From: Tubiluchus corallicola
Taxonomy: Eukaryota; Animalia; Priapulida
DNA: 64,000 nt
Direction of reading: 5' to 3'
Assembly (NCBI GenBank): GCA_030141605.1
Contig: JAQGDQ010000665.1
Location: 52,260 to 116,259 of the forward strand
Under the pieces are notes generated by a model. That model was not told the DNA's origin. It did not search any database and worked only from the letters and a program-made list of their open reading frames with translations. This document shows positions 13,531 to 25,500 of the stretch, in pieces (the first letter of the stretch is position 1; each line of letters starts with the position of its first letter). A program made the position numbers and the translations under genes.

Positions 13531-16500
13531 ATGAGCCAAAGGTACAAAACTGGATTATTTAATGTTTGTGCATAGATACTTATGTAGCTGTAGCTTAACT
13601 GCCCTTTTTTGCCATCTCTAATTTTGGCAAATTTCAGTCCAGAGCGTGCCAGATCATGAATGCAGCATGTTTTGATGGTGTTGAATTCAGAATTTTCTTT
13701 GTAACTATGTATGGCTGGGGGAATCTTAGCCTAACATGAGTTTGCTGTGTTTCTCCACGCGTTACTTACTTTTTTGTCTTGATGTAATAGCAGTACACAG
13801 TAATGATGAGTCCTCTCGATAGTAATCTGCTTCATTCAAATTAAACAAAATTAGTGTCTACTTTTGAATAACATGAGTTTTGCAGTTAGCCTTCAAAACC
13901 TAATATTTATTATCATCTCCACCACTGAAGTCAGTAACTAGTTTTTGATTTCTGAGCTGTGCCATTATAATTCCATCACCTCTTTGTATTTGCAGAGCCC
14001 TTAATGCTCCTGCAGAGGCGTCAGCCAATGTGTTAGTTGAAGATACCGATTCTTTAACACCAACTGACGAATCCAGATCAGCATCCGTGAAGCTCTCGGT
14101 TCCGGAAACTGTTGACGAAGATGAAGAGTGTGTAATTTACTTACTTTTTTTAACATAATTTAAATTCGGAAAATTATACACTTGGGCTGGCCACGAGAAC
14201 ATTGTTTCTGTCTTACCTCATGAGCTTAAAACATGTCAGTAGGCGGGAGGAAAATTTTGTTTCAAAAAAAAATTATTTTTAAACTTTCTGAATGTTTAAA
14301 GCTGAATCGTGGAATATTTAAAATCTGTTGAAATCAAAGTTTGTTAATTTCCCCCTGGTTAGCAGTAATGTTTTAAATTTTTTAAATGGACATTTTTCAC
14401 GCTTTGTTTTTTAGTTTCGCATTACTAAATTATCATATAATTATCGGCTTATTGTATGTAGCCTATTTTTTGTATCATAAACATGCATGTTCTGATAACT
14501 CTATGTTCGTATAAGCGGCAACACTACTCGGCTGTTAATACATCGGTTTGGCGGAAAAATCGATACTTCTTAGCCCCCAATACAATGAGTATCATACAAA
14601 ACGGCATCCCTGGCCCAGAGTTAGCCGTGGAAGGACATCCCCGTGTCTTAATGTTCCCCGAAAGAATGAACTATAATAATTATTGTGTTTTAGGTTTTAA
14701 ATTAAAAAATGCGCTTTTATATGACTGCGTCAAGTAAGTATATGAAGGTAAAAAAAAATTAAAAAGCTTCCGGTCGGGTGTGCGATAAAAAAATATTACC
14801 CGTGTGATTAGACAGAAACAGAAGTATTTTTATTGTTGGCCTTACTGTTGAAATAACCACAGTTAATAAGTTTTTTTAAAGCAATCTTGGCAGAAGACAA
14901 GAAAATGTGAAATGTTTGGATTTGAACCAGAGCCCAAAGGCCCAAGTATAATACTATGATCACTAAATCACACAACCTCTTATGACCAAATAATACTGTG
15001 CCTGTGTTAGAGCAATAATCATCATTTATTTAGCTTTTTTTTAATAAATTTGAACCTGGAAAGCTTGTAGGTAATTAATTGATAATTTATAATTATAACT
15101 ACAAAATTAGTTTTGATAAATTTCTTTCCATACTTTTTAATCCATCGTCATTGATGCTAAACTGGATCCATAACTTCACGTGTCCACGTGTTTTCATTTG
15201 TGGAGCAGCTACGTTAATTTGAAAAAGTACATCTGTGTCGTGTGCACATACTGCATCCGAATTTTAATCACATAATTTTGATTTCTTACCTGCGACGTTG
15301 CCATACTATCTCCATTTTGGAAATTTACAAAACCAACAGACAATATGTAATTCTATGTGGTGAAGTGTGTGGCAAAACTCGCGCTTCTTTTGCTATTTTA
15401 GCAGTTCGTAGTGAACATTAGCTGGGGAAACCTTTCTATTTACCTAAGATGTTATTTACGTAATAATTTACGTAAATAATTTGCCTATAAATTTTGAATA
15501 ACGTTTAGGGCTCCTCTTTTTCTGCTTCCGTCTCAGTAAATACGACGCTGTCTCCCTCCTGCTTGTTTGAAAAATGTTTGTAAACTCATTTTACAGATTT
15601 GTTCCTCCGTCTCCGGGTGCCTTTGAGGGTCATTCCACAAAGGAGACTGGTAGTGAGGAGGACGGAGGAAGAGCTGGTCTAGACAAGGACGGGTGGAGAC
15701 AAACACCGATGCATTTTCAGGTAGATGTTATCAATTTTTCATACAAATCTAGGGTTGCCAGACGCTCCATGTCTCATATTTGATAATTTTGACCACGGAC
15801 ACCCATATGTCCTTAGTTCATTTTCAAAATTCATAATAAAAATATCTTTTGCAACGACTTCACTTTCTCAGAATTTCTGATAGTTATCTATACTGCCTGT
15901 ATTAAATAATAACAATATTTCTCTGTTGCATCAAGTAAAAGTTTCCAAATGTTTTCGACTTTTACAGAATTTTTTTTAGCTTGTAATTGTATTTAAACTT
16001 GTAACCCATTAAAATAATATTAATAATCTTTATTTAAAGTCGGCTTTTGGGTCAACAATTAACATTAGCTCAAAGGGCTATTATCGCCGACTGTAAATAA
16101 CAACCTACAACTACATAACAGAGATTGTTATTACCCCACTTTTACCCTAAATACCACACGTCAGGCAGGGCAACAGCAGGTACCATTTTTAAAGTCTGTG
16201 GTATGACCCGGCCGCTGGTTCGAACTCACCACCTGCCAGACGGAAAGCAGAAGCATTACCACTAGACTAAACCGTCTGCCAAAACCTTGCTAATGTCTCT
16301 ACTTTTATATAATATATTGGGTCTGGATATGTAGGCGTGTATAAATTTATATGTATAGTAACACTAATATAGAGAGAGATTGTAAAACTGTCCCGTATTT
16401 CTAATTTTCTACTCTGGCAACCTTATACAAACTGTCCCAGTGAAGGCCAATTAAGAGATACAGCAAAAGGATGAAAGTACTTGTGCATGTTCAGAGAAAT

Positions 16501-19500
16501 GGAATTCCACTGATGGAATGTATCTGCAGGGTGGTACAAAAGCAAAAGTACGAAATAATTCGTTAGGTTAAAAAATTATTATGCTACAGAATTGTTCAAA
16601 CAATAGTGAAAGTTATCACGCCCTCAAAGTTTAGTATAAATGCCTCGTGTGCTTTGCACATTCTGCAGTTTTAAAGGGTATGATCTGAACAAGTGACCTG
16701 ACAACACTGTGATTAACTTTTTTCTGTTGAAACTGAATGGTGTGGAAATCTACCAGATCTCAACTCCATGAGTTATAGCAGCTATAGTGAAAGACATTTG
16801 AAGTGGACGCTTAGATGATCCTAGAACATTTCATTGATCTATATTCAACAGACAAGCTTGTGAGGCATCTAAAACAGTGGTTTCCAAACTTTCTCGGACC
16901 GTTACCCAACTCGGGAAACCCGGTCGTGTCCATTACCCCCCACCTAGTACTACTTCTCCAACTCAAAAAGTAAACACACGTATATGCCACAAGCAAGCAA
17001 AATTATTTATGTTTGCTCGTGACATAAATAAATTTCCAGGTGTTGTTGTTGTATTGTTGCCAAAATAAGAATTACAATTACTGAACCTGCTCATTACTGA
17101 GTGAGCAGGTTCGTTCGCGTAATTATTACTCGAACAAACGAAAACAAGAAGAAATGAATGACAACAACAAAATCTCAGTTAGTGGGACGGATGAGCCTGT
17201 TTTTCGGACGCCAGTTTCTCAATCCTGGGTTTCGTCAGGCTCAAAGCAACGCGTGCATCGCTTTCCACGTCCAACCTATTTCTTTTCTTTGTTTTCATGT
17301 TCATTATGGACGAAAAACCTTGTTCACACAGATACGTTGTTGAAAAACACGTGAGAATATTCAATGCCCGTTCTGCAAGGACTGGTGAACTGGCCATCTC
17401 TCCTATCCAGAACTCTTCCAGGTTCTGCTGCTGGAATTTCATTTTCTTTTCCTCGTTGAGCCTCAGTGCGAATGATGGACCCCATGACACAGTGTTGCCT
17501 GCCGGAGGCAGTCTCTTCAAGAAGAAAACTACGTAAAATGCATTCCGAGCGAAGTTTTAAAAATTTTCAGAGGGGTGCCCGTTACCCCCCCCAAAAAAAA
17601 CATATTACCCCTGGGGGGTAATTTACCCCTACTTTGGGAATCACTGATCTAAACGATGTTATAGAGGTTCTTGAGTTCTTTGAGTTACTACTTCATTAAC
17701 ACCTTTGAGTTATCAGACTGTACAGGACAACCAAAACTCACACAATGAAGGTTTTGAAACGTGCAGAGAAAATTTGCTTCTTCGCAAACAATTTTTTTCG
17801 CTAGTGCTTTATAATTTTGTCAATTTATCTCCTCAACTCATCGCAACTGCGAGGTAGAATCTCCATACATGCAAATGCCGCTACATTATTACTATTCACG
17901 GCTGGAGAAGGGACGTTGGCATCTAACTCAAGTGCCGCCTCGGGTAGCCGCAAGCTCTAGCTATGGCTTCTGGATACTGGCTTCATTTATCTACTATTTT
18001 GCTTGGCTTCTTTTACAGGAGTGGCAGCCGTCGCCCATTGCGTCCAGTTCAAGTGGAGATGCTGCGAAGGCTAAAACCAGTCGTACGTTGATAGGTCGAT
18101 TATCAAACAGTTCTAGTTCAGCTGAAATTACACAGGTACAGTAGAGTAGTACAAGCTAAGAAACGTTTGTAATATTAACTAAAGTATGACTGCGAATGCC
18201 AAAGTTTATAAAACATTGCAGTTTATTTTAAGGATAATTATTATTCATTGCTTTGCCATCTGAGCTACTAGTCAACATGATAGAGCAGGTCATTGATAGA
18301 GGAGACTGCTTTTGTTTCTAGGTGCGACTGCGCAGTGGTGACAAGAAAAAGACACCAGCAGATTTTACAAGAATTGGAGAATCATTAGATACTGAAGCAA
18401 TCTGCAAGCCGGACACGGCTAAACCGAGAAGTTAGTTTGTGTGATTTTTGTGTTTTTAGTACCACAATAAAAATTAATAGAATGTCGTACAATAGAATGC
18501 GGTTGCACTAGTTGTATTGACTTTGAGTCGTCAACAAATGGAAACCGTTGAAAGAGTTAAAATTTACGCATAATGTTAAGAGGGATTTTTGTTTTTTTTT
18601 GGTAGAACTTATAAGCTACAACTACTCTTATATCTTTTAACAAGATTAATTAGAGGAATCTGACGGCTCTTAAAAATTCATATGACATAAATCAAGTTAA
18701 GAACTAATATTATAAATTTAATAATATTCTAATATTAATTCAATGTTCTAATAATATAAGTTACTAAAAATGTAAGTATGTGTATTTATAAATGGTAAAA
18801 ATTCTTGACATGATCGAAAATATACTTTTATCTATCATACTTTTTACTTTTTCTTTATTGTTTTTTTTTTGTACCTAAATAGACAGTAATATAAATAATA
18901 TAACATTGTATTTATTTTATAACATATTTTTATAAGTACAGTGTTCCCTCAGTTATCGAGGGTGTTTCATTCCAGGCCCACCCACGATAAGTGAATTTCC
19001 GCTAAGTAGGGACGCTGTACCTATTGTAGTAGTGATGCATTATTTTAAGTCTTTATAAACCCTCCCCACCCTCTTGATATAACGAGCCGTAGATTCGTTG
19101 ATCCCGTAATGGCAGCCAACTGCAGCGTACAATCTCCCGATTTTTGATGTGTATTCATCCGCTGAATTAATACACTATTTACTGTAAATGGTAATTTTTT
19201 ATGATTTATAATATTCTTTTAATGTTAGAATTAATATTTTTAATATATTTTTAAACATTTTGGGATTTTTTTAATGCAAAATTCATCAAATCTGTACATT
19301 ACAGTACAATAAGTACTACGCATGTGAAAAATACTTTAGACGGAGTACTGCAAAAACCCGCGAAACAGCGAAAATACCACGATAAATATTTTACATTGAT
19401 ATTTTTGAAAACCCGTGAAGCAGCGAGTCCGCGATAAACGAACCGCGAAGTAGAGAGGAAACACTGTACTATATAAATAATGTCTGAATGACGACTAACA

Positions 19501-22500
19501 ATGTTCGGGTTTTACTATTTACCTTTAAATCATGGAAAGATGTTGATTTTTCTAATGTAAGCCACTCCGTCAAACTTGAGGTTCTGTTCTATAAAACATC
19601 CTTGTGTTTTTTTATCAATAATTTTGCATTGCAGCAAACAAAAAACAAAATATTTTACTTATTGCAGAATTTTTTTCAGTTTTAAACTTAGTTTGTTTTG
19701 CAAAAATGTTTCTATTTGGCTCGTTTTGGTATCGGTTTCTTACGTTTCATAAATTTCGGTTTCGGTATCATACCTAGCTTCATTTTTGCAACATTTTACA
19801 CCAAGTTGGATGTAAAAAAAGAGTGATAAAATTTGTAAATAGTTTTTTAACTGCTACATAAATACATACATCAATAATAGGAAATCTAAGTGATTTTTTC
19901 ATACAATATTTTCTCCCCAAAAAATTCTACAAGTTTGAAAATATCTCAGCTCCGGTTCGTATGATGATTTCGTAAATTCTTGTTTTTTCTAGGCCAGGAA
20001 GATAGCTTTAGTTTGCATTTATCGCTTACGCCCGAAGAGAACATCTTAAGATACCCACCGAACGACAGTGATTCCATTCACGACCTGCCGTGTTTGGTTG
20101 GAATGTTTAAACCTACTGATTCTAAAACATCGCTGGATCGACGTACAGGTAATATCTTCCGCGGTGTGTGTGCGTGAGGGTGTTTGCATGTGCGTGTGCG
20201 TGCGTGCATGCGTGCGCATGTGTGTGAGGGTGTGTGTGTGTGTGTGTGAGTGTGTGTGCGCGAGTGTGTGTGTGCGTGAGTGTATGTGTGTGTGTGTGTG
20301 AATGAGGGAGTGTGTGTGTGTGTGAATGCGGGTGTGTGTGCATCTTGTGTGAATGAGGGAGTGTGTGTGTCTGTGTGAATGAGGGAGTGTGTGTGTGTGT
20401 GTGTGTGAATGAGGGATTGTGTGCGTGCGTAGTGTGTGTGAATGAGGGAGTGTGTGTGTGTGTGAGTATGTGCGTGCGTGCATGCAGGAGGAGAGGCGTG
20501 CGGGCGGGCGTGTGTCTTATTGCTATGAGAACTTTGAATTCGACTTGTGACCTGTGCAACATCAACATCGAGTTTACAGATCAACTTTACGATCACAAGT
20601 TAATTAATTAGTTATTCGGTATTAATTATAACATTAAATTTGAGTAAGTAAATTATTAAGTAAATAGTTATTTTATTTCAAACATGGGGTGCATAAAGCA
20701 TAATTACATTAAAAATAAAAATTTACAAAAATTGTGATAATGTCTTTTTACTGTAACGTTTAATTAGCGAGAGTCTTAAAGCCTATTTTACTATTACATT
20801 TAATTACCGAGAGTCTTAAAGCCTATTTTACTATTACATTTAATTAGCGAGAGTCTTAAAGCCTATTTTACTATTACATTTAATTAGTGAGAGTCTTAAA
20901 GCCTATTTTACTATTACATTTAATTAGTTGGCCATGAAATTTTATTGCAGACATTCTTATTTTAGACCTGTTTTATAGCGCCATCTGATGACAATAATTG
21001 TCGATTTATGCGCTTTACAAGTAAACTATCATTATCAATGTGATTACAATTGTAAGATAAAATTATAAGGTAAATTATGAATTATTAATAATTATGTATA
21101 CTTTGCCAAATACATGCTTGTAACAATTATAAATTAGAAGATAAAATTTTCATAAAATTTTATGATGAAATTTAATTGTGCTTTGATAAATTCGTCCTTG
21201 GAAGCTGCCACACTTGGTGCATTTATGCATGTAGCACCCTACATGTTGGCGTTTCCACTTTACAAAGCACTCTACGAATGCGTACATGTCCGTCTTACGA
21301 CCAGATTGGCTTACGACGACGTACGATAAGGGTGCTGTATTTCACACTGCTCAGGTCGAGTTTACGATGTCGCGTCCAAAATTTATCGGAAAAGTGTTCA
21401 TTTAACACTGTAGATGGAAGAGAAAAATATCTATATTTTTTATTTGCGATGATGTCTATAAGTCAGGTGATGCAAAAAGTGTTTTTTTAGGTAAAGATCG
21501 TACTGGCAGCAACAATGGTCACTCAAGTGGTTCTAATGATACTGCCCAGCAGGAACCATTGTTTAAATTGACCAGTAAGTATCTAAAACTCATGTATTTT
21601 TCTTTGTAACATTGCTTATAACTCTTTCTTTGCTACTATAATGAGAAATATTTCATTAAAAAATTTTGAATAACTAATATGGTAGTTGATGAGGCCGACT
21701 GTAAAAATACTTCTGTTTCCGTCTAAGTGCCCGTGTAATGTTTTTTGTCGCACACACGGCCGGGAATTTTATCATTTTTTCGCACATTTTGACGCTGTCA
21801 TATAAAAGCGTATTTTTTTTAAATTTAAAATGTAAAATGCAATAATTATAACGCTGTTTTTTTGTGGGGAATGCAGGATGCAGCAGGTAGCACATGCTAC
21901 GCTCAACTCTCGCCCGGGGTTGCCACTTTGTACGATGTTCGTTGTATTGGAAGCTAAAAAGTGTGGATTTTTTTTGCGAGTTTGATGTATTGATGGCCGA
22001 GCAGTGTTGCCGCACACCATAATTATCAGAACATATTCCTTTATGATACAAAAAAAGATACAATAATCGATAATTGTACGATTATTTAGTAATGCGAAAC
22101 TAAAATACAAAGCGTGAAAAAATGTGAATTAAAAAAATTTAAAACATTACTACCAACCTGTGGGAAATAAACAAACTTTGATTTCAACTGATTTTAAATA
22201 TTCCACGATTCAGTTTTAGACATTTACAAAGTTTTAAAAAATTTTCTTCGCTGCTGACATCTTTTGAGCTCAAGAGGTAAGACAGAAACAAATTTTTTTT
22301 GTGGCCGGTCCGATTTCTGTAAGGTGCTGCCATCTAGTGGTATCTGTACAAGGCTTGCACATTCTTGCATATGTTTAGCGTAATGGCAAGGCTCATTTGT
22401 TGCACCTGTACACCTTTCTATTAGTAGTGGGACAGGTTAATGGATTTGATCACTTATAATGAATTTGGGCTTTTTTTTCAATCATTAAAGGAAAACTGGA

Positions 22501-25500
22501 TGATTGTGTGTAAACACGAGTTCAGAATAAAGAATGCTCTAAAATATTGAAAACTACAATAGCTTATTTTAAATCAAAGCTTAGATTAAATAATAATTAC
22601 CTCAGATACTCAAATTTCATTAAACTTTCAAAGCTATGCGCTGCTCAGTGAATCTACTAAGATTGGCAAGGCGCCTTTTTTTCACTTGCGCGTGGCCAAT
22701 AAATAGAAGGCGGTGCCGTGATAAGCATGAACATGAACTGCAATGTTAGTTTCATGACATCATATGACGTAGACCCCATTTTTCGTGACATCACACGTTT
22801 AAACAGTACTGTAACACCTATGCAAACGTGCTTGACGCGCAAGGGAAGACGCCTGTTATTGCATAAACTGTGGTTAGTTTCTGACGTAAGCAATAGCTGT
22901 GTTCGGTTGTCGTTAATTAACTTTCTAAGCTAATTATTCAAATATAAGGAACAATTGCTAACTTTTATAGGCAAGAATATGTATATTTTGGACAGTAAAT
23001 TAAAATGAGATTGAGTCTAAACAATCGTTCAGTTTTCCTTTAATTATTTTTTCAACTGCCGATGAAAATTGATTGCATTACCGATGCCACATGCAATTAT
23101 TTTTTTTGGAAAATCCACAAATGTCACACACTAAACATATCCACCCGTGCAGTGAAATCGAGCAATATGGCACTATCTTTGCATAGTAAGTTATTGTCCT
23201 ACTTGGATACAAAAGTTCCTGATAAAACACAATGACTAAAATAACAAATCTGTTACAACCAAACACTTGTATTTGTGAAAAATGTGAAATTAGTGATTTT
23301 TTATGCCTTGAAAAGATCGATTACCGAATCTATTTCGTATCCGATTGATCAATTTTGATAACGAGTCATTTGCTAAGAAGACGAGTCATTTGTGCGTTTC
23401 ATCTGCGCTTTCTGGGTTAGAAGCTTCGAGCGTACTGTAGTATCCCAAGAATACGCTTTGCTGGCTGTTGCAAGGTTTTTACCTGCATATCTGGTTGCTT
23501 TCGTGCCTAGCTGTCTATCTGCATGTGTAACTGACTGTATGCTTAGATAACAGGGGCTGACTCTCTCCCTAACTGGTTGTATGGCTGCATGGTTTGTTTT
23601 CTGTCTGCATAGCTGATTGTCTGCCTGCATGTAATGCTGCTTATGTGTAGGACTACCACATTTTTATATTTATCTCTAAATAAGCTCCATGCATTGTACT
23701 AGTAATACTAATGCAGCAAGTTTTCGCTTAACGAATCCCTGTTTAGCGACATTTCTTTTTATAAACGAGTTTTATACCTTGCTCGCAGCCATTTTTATTT
23801 TATCAGCAACTTTTTTTCTTAATTTGAAGCACTAAAGTGCCAAAAATTGCATTATTTTGTTCTAGAAATGCATCATTAACCTAACTGTGCAATTATTATA
23901 CTTTTTTTGCTTTCTGACTGATTACGTACTAAATTCTAGTCGTTTGTAAAAAGCGAGATCTACTTGCTGATTTATACGTCTCCAGACACCCGAGTTTAAA
24001 CTTTATTCGAAGAAATTTTGTCTGCAACTTTTGTTGCTAAGCAACCAGATTAGTACTACTTGAAATTGTCTCAAGGTCACTCCATGCAGAGCTTGGCTTT
24101 CACGACCTATTGTTTAACATGCAGTGTTTAAATGGGAGGAGAAATCACTAGCAAGTCTAGCTAGATGCTGATGAGAAAGATGGGCGGTTTCACGCAAACA
24201 GAAAGAAGTTAATCGGTTGAAATGTATATGATTTAAGCAGCATTGATTTTTGCCTCTGGAACGTATCTCAGTTCCTTTACATTACTTTCTACGGAAGGCT
24301 TGGTTTCGTTTAACGACGTTTCGTTTAACGTCGCATTTTGCTGGAACGCACTGTACTGGCTTTGTTAAGCGAGGACGTACTGTAGTACAATAACAACCCA
24401 GCCTGAACCAAAGTTCTGACTCGGCAAAACTTCTCTCCTGTGTTTCTGCGGATTGCTGTTGGTTGCTATGCGAAATTGTCTCTCTTGACAAGTGATTATT
24501 TGTAGTTCTGTCGAATTGACTAGTTTGTAATTTCTCTAGTAAGTGCATCTTTTTGAGTTTTTTTGTGGAGCTACTTCTGGGGTTCCATGTGTGATGATCC
24601 AGTTAAGCCTGGAAACTCAGCAAGCATTGTAATTGCTTTTGCCAGTGTGATGTAAGATAATACATGGCGTATTTGAAATGTTTATAACACTCTTTCTCAG
24701 TTAAATAAGAAAAATAATTTCTAAAGAGAGTAAATTATAAATTACAAGAACGTATACGTGCCTTTAATTATATGTGAAGTTTATGCTTAACTAGGCAATT
24801 CAGAGTGTATGTGGTAGGGTTTCAGATTTGCTTAGTACTCTGTTTGCATGAGTACTTTGTAATAAATGTAATATTGTAATAAATGTAATTGGTAATATTG
24901 TAATAAATAATTAGGTGCCTCTTAAGTTTGCCTTGAATTGTGTTCATTTTAGAGCCGACTTCCGTGGAGAAAATCATTAAAGATGCTAAAGAGAGCCCCC
25001 CTAAAAAGCGCAAGCAGACGATCAGTTTGGAGCGACGTTACGAGTGGAAAGTTCCGGCACGACGTGAAGAACTCAGGTGCGTTTGCTAAAGTATTTTAAA
25101 TTTCTAGATTCTTAGTATCAGATTTGGCAAACGAAATGTTTCTTCTTTTCATGTTTTGACTCGAACAGTCGTCAGCTCTGAAGATATGCCGCATTGAGTA
25201 CAAAAAGTACAAAGGGTGAAACAAACGATATTTACGCTTTATTTGAAGTATTTTAGTCAAACTTTTTGCAGCAATTTTTCACATCTATGAGAAAAAAGGT
25301 GAGCTGGACAAATAAAACTAAATCCTCTGAAAAATGCTATCGAAAATTACCAAAAGTTTCAGCTACAAACTTAATAATTTCCGACAAAACTGAACCGAAA
25401 GTGCAATTATCGGCAAACCGATACGAAATTTTCATTTCGCTAAGATCCCTGCTGTACAAGCAGAGTTTTAACATTTATAGGCAAGCAGCACTGAACCTGG

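Noticed and set aside
20046-20611. His/Thr-rich and Cys/Val-rich ORFs
   Set aside because: Translations of the (GT)n microsatellite.
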